A stretch of DNA of 64,000 nt from the human T2T-CHM13v2.0 reference genome, Homo sapiens. The stretch lies in assembly GCF_009914755.1 (NCBI RefSeq), contig NC_060927.1; one strand, 5' to 3'. The notes below the pieces were generated by a model, which worked only from the letters and a program-made list of their open reading frames with translations, was not told the DNA's origin and searched no databases. Positions 1 through 18,849 of this stretch are shown here, piece by piece. The stretch's first letter is position 1; every line of letters begins with the position of its first letter. The position numbers and the translations under genes are program-made.

Positions 1-429
1 CTCTGAGAGTGCTGGGAATACTCACAGCTGAGTGATGGAAGCAAAAACTAGAAAACAATCTTTTTTTCTTTTTTAACTCACTTACAATACAGGGTTACCT
101 GGCTTGAGACTAGACTGTTTTAGACTAGACTTACCTTCCTTAAGTTATTAATTTTATCATATAATCTCAGTATGACTTCACTTTTTGAATTGATACCACT
201 AAAGCCTGAAACTATTAAAGCTATGCAATCTGCTTGCTAAGGCAAGCTGGTATTTCCTGATACTGCTATCCAGATAGCTGAGAACCTTCTCTAGAGTCAT
301 GTTTTTCAAACTTTTCTGATTGCTGTTTGCAATAGGAGATGTATTTTTATCACTAGCACACACACACACATACACATATATACATATGGTTGAAACAAAC
401 TTTTCATGAAACCATAATTATCCTTTCTG

Positions 430-753
<324 letters not shown>

Positions 754-1014
754 CTACAATGCCCTATGCCAGGGGTTACAACCCATAGTCAATCCATTCC
801 TTAACCTATCCCTGTCTGACTCATGAGCTAAGAATGGCTTTACATTTTTAAATGGATGAAAAACAAATCAAAAGAAGAATAACATTTATATGGAGACACA
901 TTTACAACATGGCATGCACTGCTACAAATCTTTGCATTTACTGTCACATTAAATCTTTACAATAATTTGTCTTTGTCTTAACAAAAATCATGACCACAAT
1001 AGCAACAATGGCTA

Positions 1015-1250
1015 ACGTTTTTTGAGGGAGTGCTCATGGTGCTGAGCATTTTGGTAAATGCGTTATGTGATACATGTATTTAATCCTCTGCACCCTATAA
1101 GGCAGGGAGTATTAGCATTCCCATTTTACAGGTGAGGAAACAGAGGCTTTATAAGGCTATGTAACTTGTAGAGCATCACAAACCTAGGAAATGGCAGTTG
1201 GGGTTTGATTCTAGGTTTTTCTGCTTTTGGGTCAATGATTTTGACTACTA
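1015..1250 (-). mobile_element. MIR SINE
   Basis: MIR core in reverse: cccattttacaggtgaggaaacagaggc. Confidence 0.75.
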
Positions 1251-1386
1251 TTTACCTTGGTAGCTCCTTGCCAACTTGACCCACAACATGGACTCGATGA
1301 ATATTTGAAAAATGAATGAATACATGCGTGAATGAATGAAGGACCTTGAGATGGAATGATGGTCTTCCATGGATCCTAACCAACTA

Positions 1387-1590
<204 letters not shown>

Positions 1591-1619
1591 AGTAAATGCA
1601 AGCAAACAAAGTAAACATC

Positions 1620-1845
1620 TCATTTATTGAGTGTTTACAATGTGCCTAACACTGCACATAAGTGCTTTCAATGCCATTCTCATTTGATCCTCATGACACT
1701 ATAAGGTAGATGCTATCCCTGTTTTAAAAATTTAGAATGAGGTTCAGAGAGGTTAAGTATCTTGCCAAAGATGACATAACCAGTATTCAGACCTGTTGTC
1801 ACTGAGACTAAGGACCAAGACCATGTTCTTAACCACTGTGCTATA
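1620..1845 (-). mobile_element. MIR SINE
   Basis: tttattgagtg...tcagagaggttaagtatcttgcc matches reverse MIR. Confidence 0.75.
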
Positions 1846-1947
1846 TACTTCCATTTATTAATTTCTAACATCCCTGTAATATCTACCCTATGGTTTTAAG
1901 GCAAAATAAGCAATATTGCTAGAGCCTTCATTAGTAATTATAGTGTG

Positions 1948-2238
1948 AGCCAGGTACAGTGGCTCATGCCTGTAATCCCAGCTACTCAGGAAGCCAAGGT
2001 GGGAGGATCCCTTGAGGCCAGGAGTTCGAGACCAGCCTGGGCAACAAAAGGAGACCCTGTCTCTACAAAAATAAAAATTAACCGAGCATGGTGGTGTATG
2101 TCTGTAGTACTAGTTACTCAAGAGGCTGCAGCGGGAAGATCCCTAGAGCCCAGGAGCTGAAGAATGCAGTGAGCTATGATCACACCACTGCACTCCAGCC
2201 TAGGTGACAGAGTGAGACACCATCTCTAAATAAATATA
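1948..2238 (+). mobile_element. AluJ
   Basis: Dimeric Alu, J-type right arm; TSD aa(t/c)tatagtgtg. Confidence 0.92.
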
Positions 2239-2443
2239 TAACTATAGTGTGCTCCAATGACATGTTTCTCTATCAAAAAATTTAAGGCCTAAGACAGAAG
2301 AAGTGGAGGAAGCATAGAGATACCTTCCAGTACATTTTACATGAGGATTGTGTTACTAACATACTGTTATATAATCTTTGCAGATTTTCTATAAACCTAA
2401 GACTTTTCTAAAATTAAAATTTATCTTAAAACACTCTGAAGCC

Positions 2444-3395
<952 letters not shown>

Positions 3396-3418
3396 AATAA
3401 ATTTTAAATACATATATA

Positions 3419-3692
3419 TTTTTTGAGACAGAGTCTTCCTCTGTTGCCCAGGCTGGAGTGCAGTGGTGCAATCTCGACTCACTGCAACCTCCACATCCCA
3501 GGTTGAAGTGATTCTCCTGCCTCAGCCTCCTGAGAAGCTGGGATTAAAGTTGCCTGCCACCACGCCTGGCTAATTTTTGTAGTTTTTAGTAGAGACGGGG
3601 TTTCACCATGTTGGCCAGGCTAGTCTCAAACTCCTGACCTCAAGTGATCCACCTGCCTCAGCCTCTCAAAGTGCTAGCCACTGTGCCCGGCC
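3419..3692 (-). mobile_element. AluS
   Basis: Reverse Alu consensus with a small 5' deletion. Confidence 0.92.
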
Positions 3693-3840
3693 TAAAATAA
3701 TTTTTAAAAAACCACTCTGGCAACATTACAAAGTTGTGACATATTAAAATAATATAGAATGTGGTATATAATATAAACATATAACTTACAGAAAATAAAA
3801 ATATTATAGTGCTCAGAACATCTTGATTTAGAGCATGGGT

Positions 3841-4384
<544 letters not shown>

Positions 4385-5527
4385 TCAGAGAAGTCTTATA
4401 ACCTATATCAGCTCCACTGTCCTCAACCATAAAATGAGTATGATTGCTATTATTATGAAATACTTTTCACATGAGGTGTCATTTAGCCTAACAATAATGA
4501 TGTTGATGGTTAATATATAGTTTGTTCCTTTCTTTCTTTCTTTGTGTATGAATTGAGTGTTGCTAATCTTCTTAGTGATAACTACATTAAAAGCAAACTG
4601 ATCTGGGTTTAGGGAGATAACAATCATATTTTGAATGGCTTTTATCTCCTTGAGAGGCTTCCTACATCCCAGAAAAGTATTGTGTGAATAGATCTTTAAA
4701 GTAGTTTCCAAAGGAGTATAGCAATGTACTATAACTATTATATGGCATTATGTTGAAATTTAGGCTAAATTGTTGTTACTAAAATTTCTAGGCTGATTCC
4801 AACCTGTTTCCAAGAACAGCTATGGAATTCGGAGGTGATAGGAAAAACTTTATTAAGAAAAAAGATACCTACTTCTCCTTCCCTTCCCCTGAGGATAACT
4901 AAGCTGTCACCATGAATACTAAGACTGCTATTTCTTCTTGTATTTGCATATGGCATCCTCCCAGGTAATTTATGGAGCAAATCCTGACACAGCTCCAGGA
5001 GAAACCATATAGCTCCTTTAGTATCATTAGTAAGTAAAAGACCAGAACATGTAAAGAGGGAGAGGAAATTCATCTCCCAAAAGATTCAGGCACAAGGCTC
5101 TCTGTTCCATACCCTCTACAGTCCCTCCACCCACACAACTCAGACATTGTATGTAAGAGAATGACACTTCTAGAACCCTGCCCTCTAACCTCTGCTCCTT
5201 TTTTTTTTGCTCTGATTCTCCTGGGAGTTGAGGAACGCTGGAAAATAACTGCAGGGTTTGGCTTCCAGTTGGTTAACCCTGATGCTGATTTCTCTGTGGG
5301 ACATTTTCAATCTCTGTTCTTGGCAAGAAACTGCAGAACTACAAAAACTGCCAGCTGAATGAAAATATGTTGAAGAGCAAGGGGGTTGGGAGAGATGGAA
5401 ATTTGGGGAGTGAAGGGTTTAACACTATTCCCATTCCTGTTTGTACATTCTAGTCTAACCACCAACTGTAAGAAAGTTTGACTGACATTTGACCTACTGG
5501 ATTAACATCATCAAAAGGGCTGAAACC

Positions 5528-5923
<396 letters not shown>

Positions 5924-6660
5924 TAGCAGCACGTGTACTTCCTCATGCAGGCATTCCCAAAATATTTGCAAGGCTTATCATGTGCCAATTTGCTACACCT
6001 TAGGTAATGATTCGTCCTTTAATTCAATAAATATTTATTGAGCACCTAAGATATGTCAGGCACTTTTGAACTAGTGGGGGAAAAGCCCTTAACTAATTGG
6101 GCAAAGGCGTTCTTCTCATGGAGCTTACATTCTACTGTGGCAATACACAAAGTAGAAAATAGAGTCTCTGAAGATAGGTGCTATGGAGGGGGAAAGGGGG
6201 ACTTTTGATGCCCAAGGTTAGGATTGTTGTTATGTACAAGGTGATAAGGGGAAGCCTCGTGGCTAAGTTCAGAACTGAGCAGAGGTTTGAAGACAGTGAG
6301 AGTGTGGATCAAGTAGCTATCTGGGAGACAGTGTTCTGGGCAGTAGGATCAGCAAGAACCAAGGCCCTGAGATGACAGTCTGCTTGGTGTGGCATGGAAA
6401 AGCAAAGTGGAAAACAATAGGCAAATACTCTTACCCTCATGGGGCATAGAGTCTGGCTGGGGAGACAGATAGTAATCAAATATCTGCCTAATAAATGTCT
6501 AATTCTAAAGGGACTGTGTGCCAAGCGGAAAATGCAGACATGGCTGGAAGACACTATAAAGACACCTGATCGAATCTGAGGGAAGTATTCCCTTAGGAAA
6601 TGTAGTTTCAACTGAAATCCAGAGAAGAAGAAGTGATTAATATGGTACTGGAAGAGGCCA

Positions 6661-6886
6661 GGCCTCCCATAGTTTTGGGATTACAGGCATAAGCCACTGC
6701 ACCCAGGTTCCTTTTTTTTAAACCAATCATCCTCAATATTAAATATTATTTTTAGTATGTATTTCCTAAGAACAAGGATATCCTTTGTGTCTTGTGACAA
6801 GAGACAAAATAATTGAGCAGGCATTGAAAGCCCTCATATTCTCAGAAAAGTAGGTTTTTCCAGCAGACATTAAACATACTCCTGCA
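6661..6886 (+). repeat. Dispersed duplicate of 16328-16554 (about 90% identical by eye)
   Basis: Shared stretches such as tatttcctaagaacaaggatatcctttg and aataattgagcaggcattgaaagcc. Confidence 0.95.
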
Positions 6887-7180
6887 GGCCAGGCACAGTG
6901 GCTCATGCCTATAATCCCAGCACTTTGGGAGGCTGAGGCAGGAGGAACACTTCAGGCCAGGAGTTTGGGACCAACCTCGCCAACATGGTAAAACCCATAT
7001 CTACTAAAAATACAAAAATTAGCTGGCCATGGGGTGTAATCCCTGTAATCCCAGCTAGCAGGGAGGCTGAGGCACGAGAATCGCCTGAATTTGGGCGGCA
7101 GAGGTTGCAGTTAGCCAAGATCCTGCCACTGCACTCCAAACTGGTTGACAGAGCTAGACTGTCTCAAAAAAACAACAAAA
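6887..7180 (+). mobile_element. AluS
   Basis: Dimeric Alu; its 3' TSD aatatggtactggaag matches 6639-6654. Confidence 0.93.
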
Positions 7181-7898
7181 GAATATGGTACTGGAAGGGT
7201 GTTTCCCTTATAGAGGGAAGAGTCTTTGTTCACAGGGGTGAAAAGAAACAGCTCTAGTTTTAGGAAATAAAAGATCCAGTGTCTGACTTGCAGAGAATGA
7301 GGGGGGAGGCATCCTTGAGGAGCTGAAAGACAGGAGCAAGGGACAAATCACACAGGATTTCTTGCAGTTTGTATGTAGCTGTTTAAATAAATATGTTTGC
7401 CGTCTGCCTTCCCTGCTGGACCAAGCTGGGCAAGGGGTAGGGGGGCAGCTGGGACCCTGTCTTGTTAACTACTGCATGCTAAGTACCTACTCAGAATGTG
7501 GCACACAGAAAGGGCACAGTTTGTATTTATTGACTGGCTGACTGGCTGTCTAACAACTCAAACAATCTGACATAACCATCTGAAAGCCTCAATAGTGAAA
7601 ATGCAGCTTGCATTTTGGGAGTAGTTGGTTCTGCCAGATTCCAGGTTTAGAAAAGGCCAGCAAATTCGGCAGTATTCAAAGCTGTGATTTCTATTTCAAA
7701 ACCACAGATAGAAGCTGACCAGGACCATGGGGAACTCCTTCCGTGGGGGAAAGGAATCCAAATGGGACATTCATGATACTGAGTTGGGGCAGGGTTTCTA
7801 TCTTGACTTGGTGATTGTGCATATCATAGATGGGTGCTCCTTTGCTCATTTAATACTTTGTATTAATAAGTGAAATGACCACATGGTAAAACAGTATT

Positions 7899-9155
<1,257 letters not shown>

Positions 9156-9164
9156 TACAGGGAA

Positions 9165-9440
9165 GTAGTCCCAGTACTTTGGGGGGCCAAGGCTGGTGGA
9201 TCCCTTGATGCCAGGAGTTTGAGACCAGCTTGTCCAACATGACAAAACTCCATCTCTACAAAAATACGAAAATTAGCCAGGTGTGGTGGCGCATGCCTGT
9301 AGTCCCAGCTACTCAGGAGGCTGAGGCAGGAGAATCACTTCAATCCAGGAGGTGGAGGTTGCAGTCACCTGAAATTATACCACGGCACTCCAGCCTGGGC
9401 ATCAGAGCAAGATTGTCTCAAAAAATAAAAATAAATAAAA
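9165..9440 (+). mobile_element. AluS lacking the first ~22 nt
   Basis: Starts at gtagtcccagtactttggg; full right arm and tail. Confidence 0.9.
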
Positions 9441-9444
9441 TATG

Positions 9445-9780
9445 CTGGTTGGTTGTACTTGTAATGCAGGGACAGAGGCACCCTTCATTCTGCACAGTTT
9501 GGTGATGATGGTGTAGGTACAGGGCCTGGTGGGGTGGGGGGCGACTTTTTTTTTTTTTTTTTTTTTTGCCACCAAGAGGGGATCCAAGCCTGGGGACAGT
9601 GTTAATTTAGAGGAGGCCAGATTGAAAGAATTGAAGAGAAACAGGGGTCAAGCCTGGAATCAAATCACATGTGAAGCATACTCTGCTTCTAGACTTTTCT
9701 GCTAGGTAAGGCCCTAGATTCTATTTATTGTTTAAATTGGAACTTCTGTAACTGGTATCCAAATTATCCTAGCTGGTAAG
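9445..9780 (+). mobile_element. Old MaLR LTR fragment (MLT1-like)
   Basis: 3' end ttctgtaactggtatccaaattatcctagctggta resembles an MLT1 terminus. Confidence 0.4.
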
Positions 9781-9939
9781 GGTGATAGAAATCCAGAAAC
9801 AGTTCTGTGCACTCTAAAAATACAGCAGCATCTATAGAATATCAGAATGAGGGTGGAATTGCTCCAAGATCCATCTTCTTTTAAGTTGTTTTGTTTTTAA
9901 GTGAAATCTTCCAAGAGTTTATCCCTTAAATATAAAAAT

Positions 9940-10870
9940 GAAATTTTGACTAAGTAAAAATATGTGTGTTTTTTTAGAAAAATGCCAACCATACAAAGAG
10001 GTATACAGTGAGAAGAGGGTATCCATCCTACTCATCTCAGTTCCTCTCTCCAAAGGCAACAGTTTAGTTGTTGCACATTTCCTTGTGTGTACTTTCTAAG
10101 ATATTCTGTGCATAGATCTTCCCTTTAATTTACACAAATGGTACTATATTACCGTTGCTATTTTTGCTCAGAAATGTATCTTAGAGGTTGTTCCGCATCA
10201 GAAAATATTTAAGCTGCTTCTTAAACAGGGCAACATGACCAAAATTTTTCATTCTTCATTTTATTGCTATGAACCCTACCTGTAAATGGGTGGTGGGGGG
10301 AATTTGTTTAATCAGTGAAATGAAGCAACAGCAACAAATACCTTCTCAGGTATCTGAGGAAGTGTACTTAAAATTATTAAACAGCTGCAAACTATTTCAT
10401 TTTTTGGTTCTGTAATTTATTTAACCAAGCTCCTACAGGGAGTCATTTAGGTTGTTAACTTTTTTTTTTTTTGAGATAGGGTCTTGCTCTGTAACACAGG
10501 CTGGAGTGCAGTGGTGCAATCACAGCTCACTGTAACAGGAACTCCTGGGCTCAAGAGATCCTCCTGCCTCAGCCTCCCAAGTAGCTAGGACTACAGACAC
10601 GCACCACCACACCCAGCTAATTTTGAAAGATTTTTATAGAGACAGGGTCTTGCTATGTTGCCCAGGCTGGTTTTGAACTCCTGGCCTCAAACAGTCCTCA
10701 CACTTTGGCCTCGCAAAGTGCTGGGATTACAGGCTGTAACCTTTAGCTACCATATACAAAGCTGCAACAAGTGTTGTACATGCTGCTTTGTTTGAAAGCT
10801 GTATCAACTCTTCTAAACAATAGCCTATGTAAACACAGGCTGTTGAACCAAAAGTTTTAAATTTGAGATG
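9940..10870 (-). mobile_element. L1ME-like fragment, interrupted by an Alu and a 148-bp insert
   Basis: Degenerate reverse L1M 3' motifs (catttaggttg, atttatttaacc). Confidence 0.55.
10460..10734 (-). mobile_element. AluJ
   Basis: Reverse J-type Alu. Confidence 0.9.
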
Positions 10871-11139
10871 CTGAGTAGAAGAATTCAAAAACTGGGTTTG
10901 GTTGCTTAGTTTTTGGCATATAACCCTCTTTTCTCCTACAAATAGATAGATTTCTTTTTCTCATTCATTGATCCATCCATTCATTTATCAACAAATATTT
11001 TGGGGCACTCAGTATGTGCCAGGGAGTATTTTAAGTGCTGATTGTTACCTCCAGGGCCTAATATCACATGCTTATTTAAGAAGCAGGTGATAGGTCCAAT
11101 GAATGTCTAGTCCTCTGTGGTTATTTAGACCTATTAACA

Positions 11140-11878
<739 letters not shown>

Positions 11879-12514
11879 CTTAAGAGACTGCCTATGAGAG
11901 TTTTACAGTTATTTCAGTACTCAATCTTGGATGTGTACCAGAAGGGGGTCATTTCTATGCAAGATTATTCAATACTTTTAAGTGAAAAAGGCAGTATGAG
12001 CCCAACAAATGTATCATTTATTGAGCCTTTACTCTATAGAGATAGAAAGCATTTAATAACTAACTAGATGTTATCTCAGGAATGGAAGTGAGTCCTATAG
12101 TTTGTTCCTTAATTCATTGCTACAATATTGTTCATTTTGTGCTTTTAAAAAATATTTAATTTCCTCTTGATTTTTACCAACAAGTATGTAAGAACCAATT
12201 TTGGCTCAGTATTTGCCATTTTTTTCTACAGTTGCAATATTCCATTTCATCATGTAATCCTCAAAAATATTAAAACTCTGAGAAAATAAGAAGCATTGAT
12301 AAGAAAATGATTCTGAACTCTTCCTGTGGCCTAGATGCATGGTTTCTGACAAATTAATGTGTTATTAAAATAACTGACCTATGAGAAAAATCTGTGATCA
12401 CATTCATTACAACCAGAACTGGAAAGATCTATTAGAAATTGATTTACATAAAGCCCATCTTTATAATCCCTTGTCTCATTCTTTACTTTCTGTTTATGCC
12501 TTTGCCAAACTTTA

Positions 12515-12845
<331 letters not shown>

Positions 12846-13071
12846 AAATACTTAATCGTGTGATTGTTTCTCTTGTTTCTCCTTGACTGGACTCTGAGCT
12901 TCATGAGATCAGTGACTGAGTCTATTTGTCTATCCGTTTTCTCTCTGTGCCTAACACATGGTAGGTGCTGAATAACTATTGGTGGAATTTATTTGGCCAT
13001 GTGCTTATGATTCAAACATACTAAGGTAAAATTAGTTTGTTTAATGAAATTAAACTGAAACAATAACATGA

Positions 13072-13258
13072 CAAAAATTAAGTAAAACAAGCCAGGCATG
13101 GGGGTGCACCCCTGTAGACCCAGCTACTTGGGAGGCTGAGGCAGGAGGATCCAGAACCCAGGAGTTCAAGGCTGTAGCGTGCCATGATTGTGCCTCTGAA
13201 TGGCCACTGTGCTCCAGCCTCAGAACAGACCGAGGCCTCATCTCTTATAAAAAATAAA
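13072..13258 (+). mobile_element. FRAM/AluJ right monomer
   Basis: Right-arm consensus only. Confidence 0.8.
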
Positions 13259-14330
13259 GCCAAACAATAATTGAAAATAAAATAGCTAAGTTAGTCACCC
13301 AGTGAAAATAAAGGAGAAGCAACATGGCTAGGCCTATGAGTTTCTTTATTTTTTATTCCATTGATAGGAACATTTCCTGCAGCCAAGGGAAAGTAAATTC
13401 ATTTGTTTAATGGGCAAAATGAGGCAACCACCTTCATAGACTTCTGAGGAAACAGGCTAAAATGATCGTGCTCTGTATAATATCAAAGAAATGTGAGAGA
13501 ACCCATAATAAAAATGACAGTCTGATACACCCAAATGACCCCTTTCACCTTAAGACCTTGAGACGTTTTGCAAATGATAATTGTCTCTTACATCATCTCC
13601 ATGAGGTAAGAATTTTCTCTCCATGTATAACTGAGCCTACACAAAGTTATTTCTTTTAAAGTCCCAAGTCATGGCTGGTATTTGAATCCTTCACCTCCTG
13701 AGATATGTGTAAGTTAGCATATAAATCACATTGTTAAATGAGGAAAAAACTTTAAATCGGGGCAAAGTTATGTTTGACCAATCAAGAGTCTAAGCTCATT
13801 AGGGACTTCAGATTACAAGCAAAAATTCCCCAATGATGAAGAGAAATAGGAATGGACTGGGGGAATTTCAGGATAAAAACCTGTTCAGTTTTACCTTATA
13901 TTTTAATGACATTTTCAATATTTGGATGGCCTAAGAGATGAATTGACTTCAAAACACATTCTGGAATGGCGGGTGACCTGGTGCCAAAATAAAGAATATC
14001 TGACCAAGTATACATTCCCAGGGGAATGATAATAAAACCCTAGACTGGGAGAATGTTTCATTTTATTGCCCAAATTCATGGAAATTCACCATGGCGGATC
14101 AAACTTTTAATATTTGGTCACAATGGGACATCATTCTTAATGATACCCAGCTGCAGAGGGTGTGTGCTCGGAATTTTCATTCCTACCTTTGTGCTATTAG
14201 GAATGCTGTTTTTTATATGTATGTAATTTTTAAACTTCTTTTCATAAATCATTACAAGTGTCAAGAAAAATTATAAGAATAGTATTAAAAAACTCTCACA
14301 TCCCTTTTTCATAGATTCACAAACTGTTAA

Positions 14331-14673
<343 letters not shown>

Positions 14674-15073
14674 GCAGGTAATTAAATATTGATCAATATT
14701 TTTATTGAATCTACCATCTATCCTCCAATTTTGTCAATTGACCCAAAAAGAACTTTTGTTGCATTTTTTTTCTTCAGTACAGAATCCAGACCAAGGTTGC
14801 ATGTTACATTTAATAATTATGCCTCCTTTGATTTTGATCAGTTCCTCAGCCTTTCTTTGTCTTTCATGATAATGACATTTCTGAAGAACACAAACCTATT
14901 TTAAAATGGCTTACATAGACTTTTTTTCAAGAAACCTAAATTTAATGGTTGTTGCCATTTTTCAGTTAACAGTTTTCAATGGTAACTTTGTAAGAAAAGG
15001 AGAGATGAGAATTACATAACTTTTGACTCAGTACTGTCACTGAAGTCCATAATAAATCCACTTGTATATATGA

Positions 15074-15379
<306 letters not shown>

Positions 15380-15624
15380 TAATGTTTTAAAACAGTGCCT
15401 GGCACATAGGTACATCTCAATAAATGTCCTCAAGGGTACACTTTTTCTCCCTCCCATCACCAACTCTATGCTCCCTGTGAGTGAGGGGCACACATGAATC
15501 TTGGTCATTTTATCCTCAGTATCTAATACAAGGGCTGACAGTAGATTGTTGAATGAATGACTACCCCAGGGGTGAGGAAGTGTCCTCAGATGTGTTAAAT
15601 GACAGCATCTCTTGTTTTCCTTTC

Positions 15625-15924
<300 letters not shown>

Positions 15925-16062
15925 TGTTTTCCTTTCTTTTAGAGACAAGGTCTCAATCTTTTTGAAATGGTTATTTACTTTTGGTGTATTTTCTAGTGTT
16001 CATTAAGTCTTCCACATTTTCTTACAGGATTATTTGTCTTTTTATTACTGATTTATAGGAGG

Positions 16063-16374
16063 GTTTTTTTTGTTTTTTTGTTTTTTGTTTTGTTTTTGTT
16101 TTTTTAAGAGACTTTCTCCCCGGCTGGAGTGCAGTGGCACCATCATAGCTCGCTGTAACTCCTGGGCTCAAGTGATCCTCCTGCCTCAGCCTCCTGAGTG
16201 GCTGGTACTATAGGCACATGCACCACCACGCCTCCCTAATTTTTAAATTTTTTAACAGAGACGGGTCTTGCTATGTTGCTCAGGCTGGTCTCAAACTCCT
16301 GGGCTCAATCATTCCTCCTGGAAGCTTGGTGTCCCATAGTGTTGGGATTACAGGCATAAACCGCTGCACCCAGC
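16063..16374 (-). mobile_element. AluJ
   Basis: Reverse J-type Alu. Confidence 0.9.
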
Positions 16375-16436
16375 TTCCTTTTTTAAAAAAATCATCCTCA
16401 GTATTAAATATTATTATTTTTAGTGTGTATTTCCTA

Positions 16437-16886
<450 letters not shown>

Positions 16887-17520
16887 TTACTCTCCAAATG
16901 CTTAAAATCCTCTGACATCGTATGTATTCTGTTATATTTTTTCCTTAGGTCATTTTAAATATAATTTTCTTCCCTTCTCTTTTCATTCCTTCTCTCTACA
17001 TTTTAGGATACCGAAAACTCATTAACTTCGATTCTGCTAAATTAAAATTTGTGGAGTTTTTGAGCAATTCTTTGTCCTCTAAATATGCTAAGAGAATTGT
17101 GAAAAACTAAGCATTTGTAAGGGTGCCAGGCTAGTCTACTTAAGGAAATCAATAGTGCTTTGCTTAGGCTTTATTTACATATAAGTGGTTGGTTAATGGC
17201 AAATCGCTGTATACTGTTATTTAGTTACCATTTAGGGGACCCTTACTGTGTTTCTGTGTACCTGCTGTAATCGCCACACATCAGTGTTTCAACAACAAAC
17301 AAGGTAGTTGATGCTCAGAGAGAGTAACTAGCCCAAGATCAGACAGCTGGTAAGTGATTCAGCTGGGATTTGAGCCCAGGCCTCTAAATTCCACCTTTGC
17401 TAGATCACTCTGTGCCAGACTAGTTTGATGTGCATATGCAGGTCCTTGTCCTTACAGTTCTTGCCTTACAGCCCTTGGTAGGCACATTGAACATGTACTT
17501 AGTTACCAGCAAAGCAATTT

Positions 17521-17535
17521 CACACACACACACGT

Positions 17536-17575
<40 letters not shown>
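17521..17575. repeat. (CA)n microsatellite
   Basis: CA run with one interruption. Confidence 0.97.
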
Positions 17576-17577
<2 letters not shown>

Positions 17578-17712
17578 TCCTGAAAGCACATCGACAAAAA
17601 TAAAAAAAAGAAAGAATTAAATATATGTTGTTTCAAGAAAATCAATGATGTAGTATTGGCGGGAAAACTACAACTTTGGCCTTCTTTTCAGGCAGCTTTT
17701 ATTTTACTTTAG

Positions 17713-18044
17713 GTTTTTTTTAATTGTTTTTGTTGTTTGTTTGTTTTTTGAGACAGAGTCTCACTCAGTCAGCCAGGTTGGAGTGCAGTGGTGTGATCTC
17801 AGCTCATTGCAACCTCCACCTACCAGGTTGAAGTGATTCTCCTGCCTCAGCCTCTCTAGTAGCTGGGACTACTGGCATGCACCACCGTGCCTGGCTAATA
17901 TTTGTATTTTTAGTAGAGATGGGGGTTTCACCATGTTGGCCAGGCTCGTCTCGAACTCCTGACCTCAAATGATCCACACTTCTCGGCCTCCCAAAGTGCT
18001 AGGATTACAGGTGTGAGCCACTCATAATCCCACCGAGCCTGGCC
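17713..18044 (-). mobile_element. AluS
   Basis: Reverse Alu with a 12-nt insertion near its 5' end. Confidence 0.92.
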
Positions 18045-18553
18045 ATAAGGGGGATTTTATTTTGAAATACCAAGTAGGGTATGGGCATGGCCATCAGAAC
18101 CTCGTCAGTCTTTAGAGCCTTTTGAAGTTCTAACTCCAGCCCTGGGTCCTTTAAAAGTAAGAAAACGGCATTTCATTTAAAAATATTATTTTCATTGCTT
18201 CAGGGAATGCTTCCCTCACATTGAGTTAATGAGCTTTTCCTGAAAAATTCGGTTGTGAGAGATTTTGCTTTTGAATTACCCAATGCAGAGCACATTCTGA
18301 GTGATTAGAGGGGCTCCTAAGATAAAAGGAATCACCTGACAGAAAACACACTTTGGTGCTTAGGAAGAGTTGCCAATGGAGGAGAATTTGGGGGCAGCAT
18401 TACTTTCTGACTTTTCATGGTTTATATTTGGTCAGCTAAGGATTTAATTATTTCTTCATATTCTGATAAAGTGCCCCTCTGAATACTTAATAGCCCACTC
18501 TGGCTACTTGATTTTTATTTCTTTAAAAATCCTTTTTTTTTTTTTTTTTTGTT

Positions 18554-18849
18554 GGTTGGGTGGGGTGGCTCACGCCTGTAATCCCAGCACTTTGGGAGGC
18601 TGAGATGGCTGAATCACCTGAGGTCAGGAGTTTGAGACCAGCCTGGCCAATATGGCAAAACTCAAACTCTACTAAAAATTCAAAAATTAGCCGAGCATGG
18701 TGGCGGGCGCCTGTAATCCTAGCTACTCAGGAGGCTGAGGCAGGAAAATCAGTTGAACCCAGGAGGCAAAGGTTGCAGTGGGCCAAGATCGCGCCACTGC
18801 ACTCCAGCCTCGGCGACAGGGCGAGACTCCATCTCAAAAAAAAAAAAAA
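18554..18849 (+). mobile_element. AluS
   Basis: Dimeric Alu; TSD aaaaatcct(n) with polyT on both sides. Confidence 0.92.

Larger units (their letters stand above)
6020..7370 (-). mobile_element. L2 LINE 3' region, interrupted at 6655-7197
   Basis: attcaataaatatttattgagcacc...; ctcatggagcttacattcta; the L2 continues after the insertion TSD. Confidence 0.7.
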
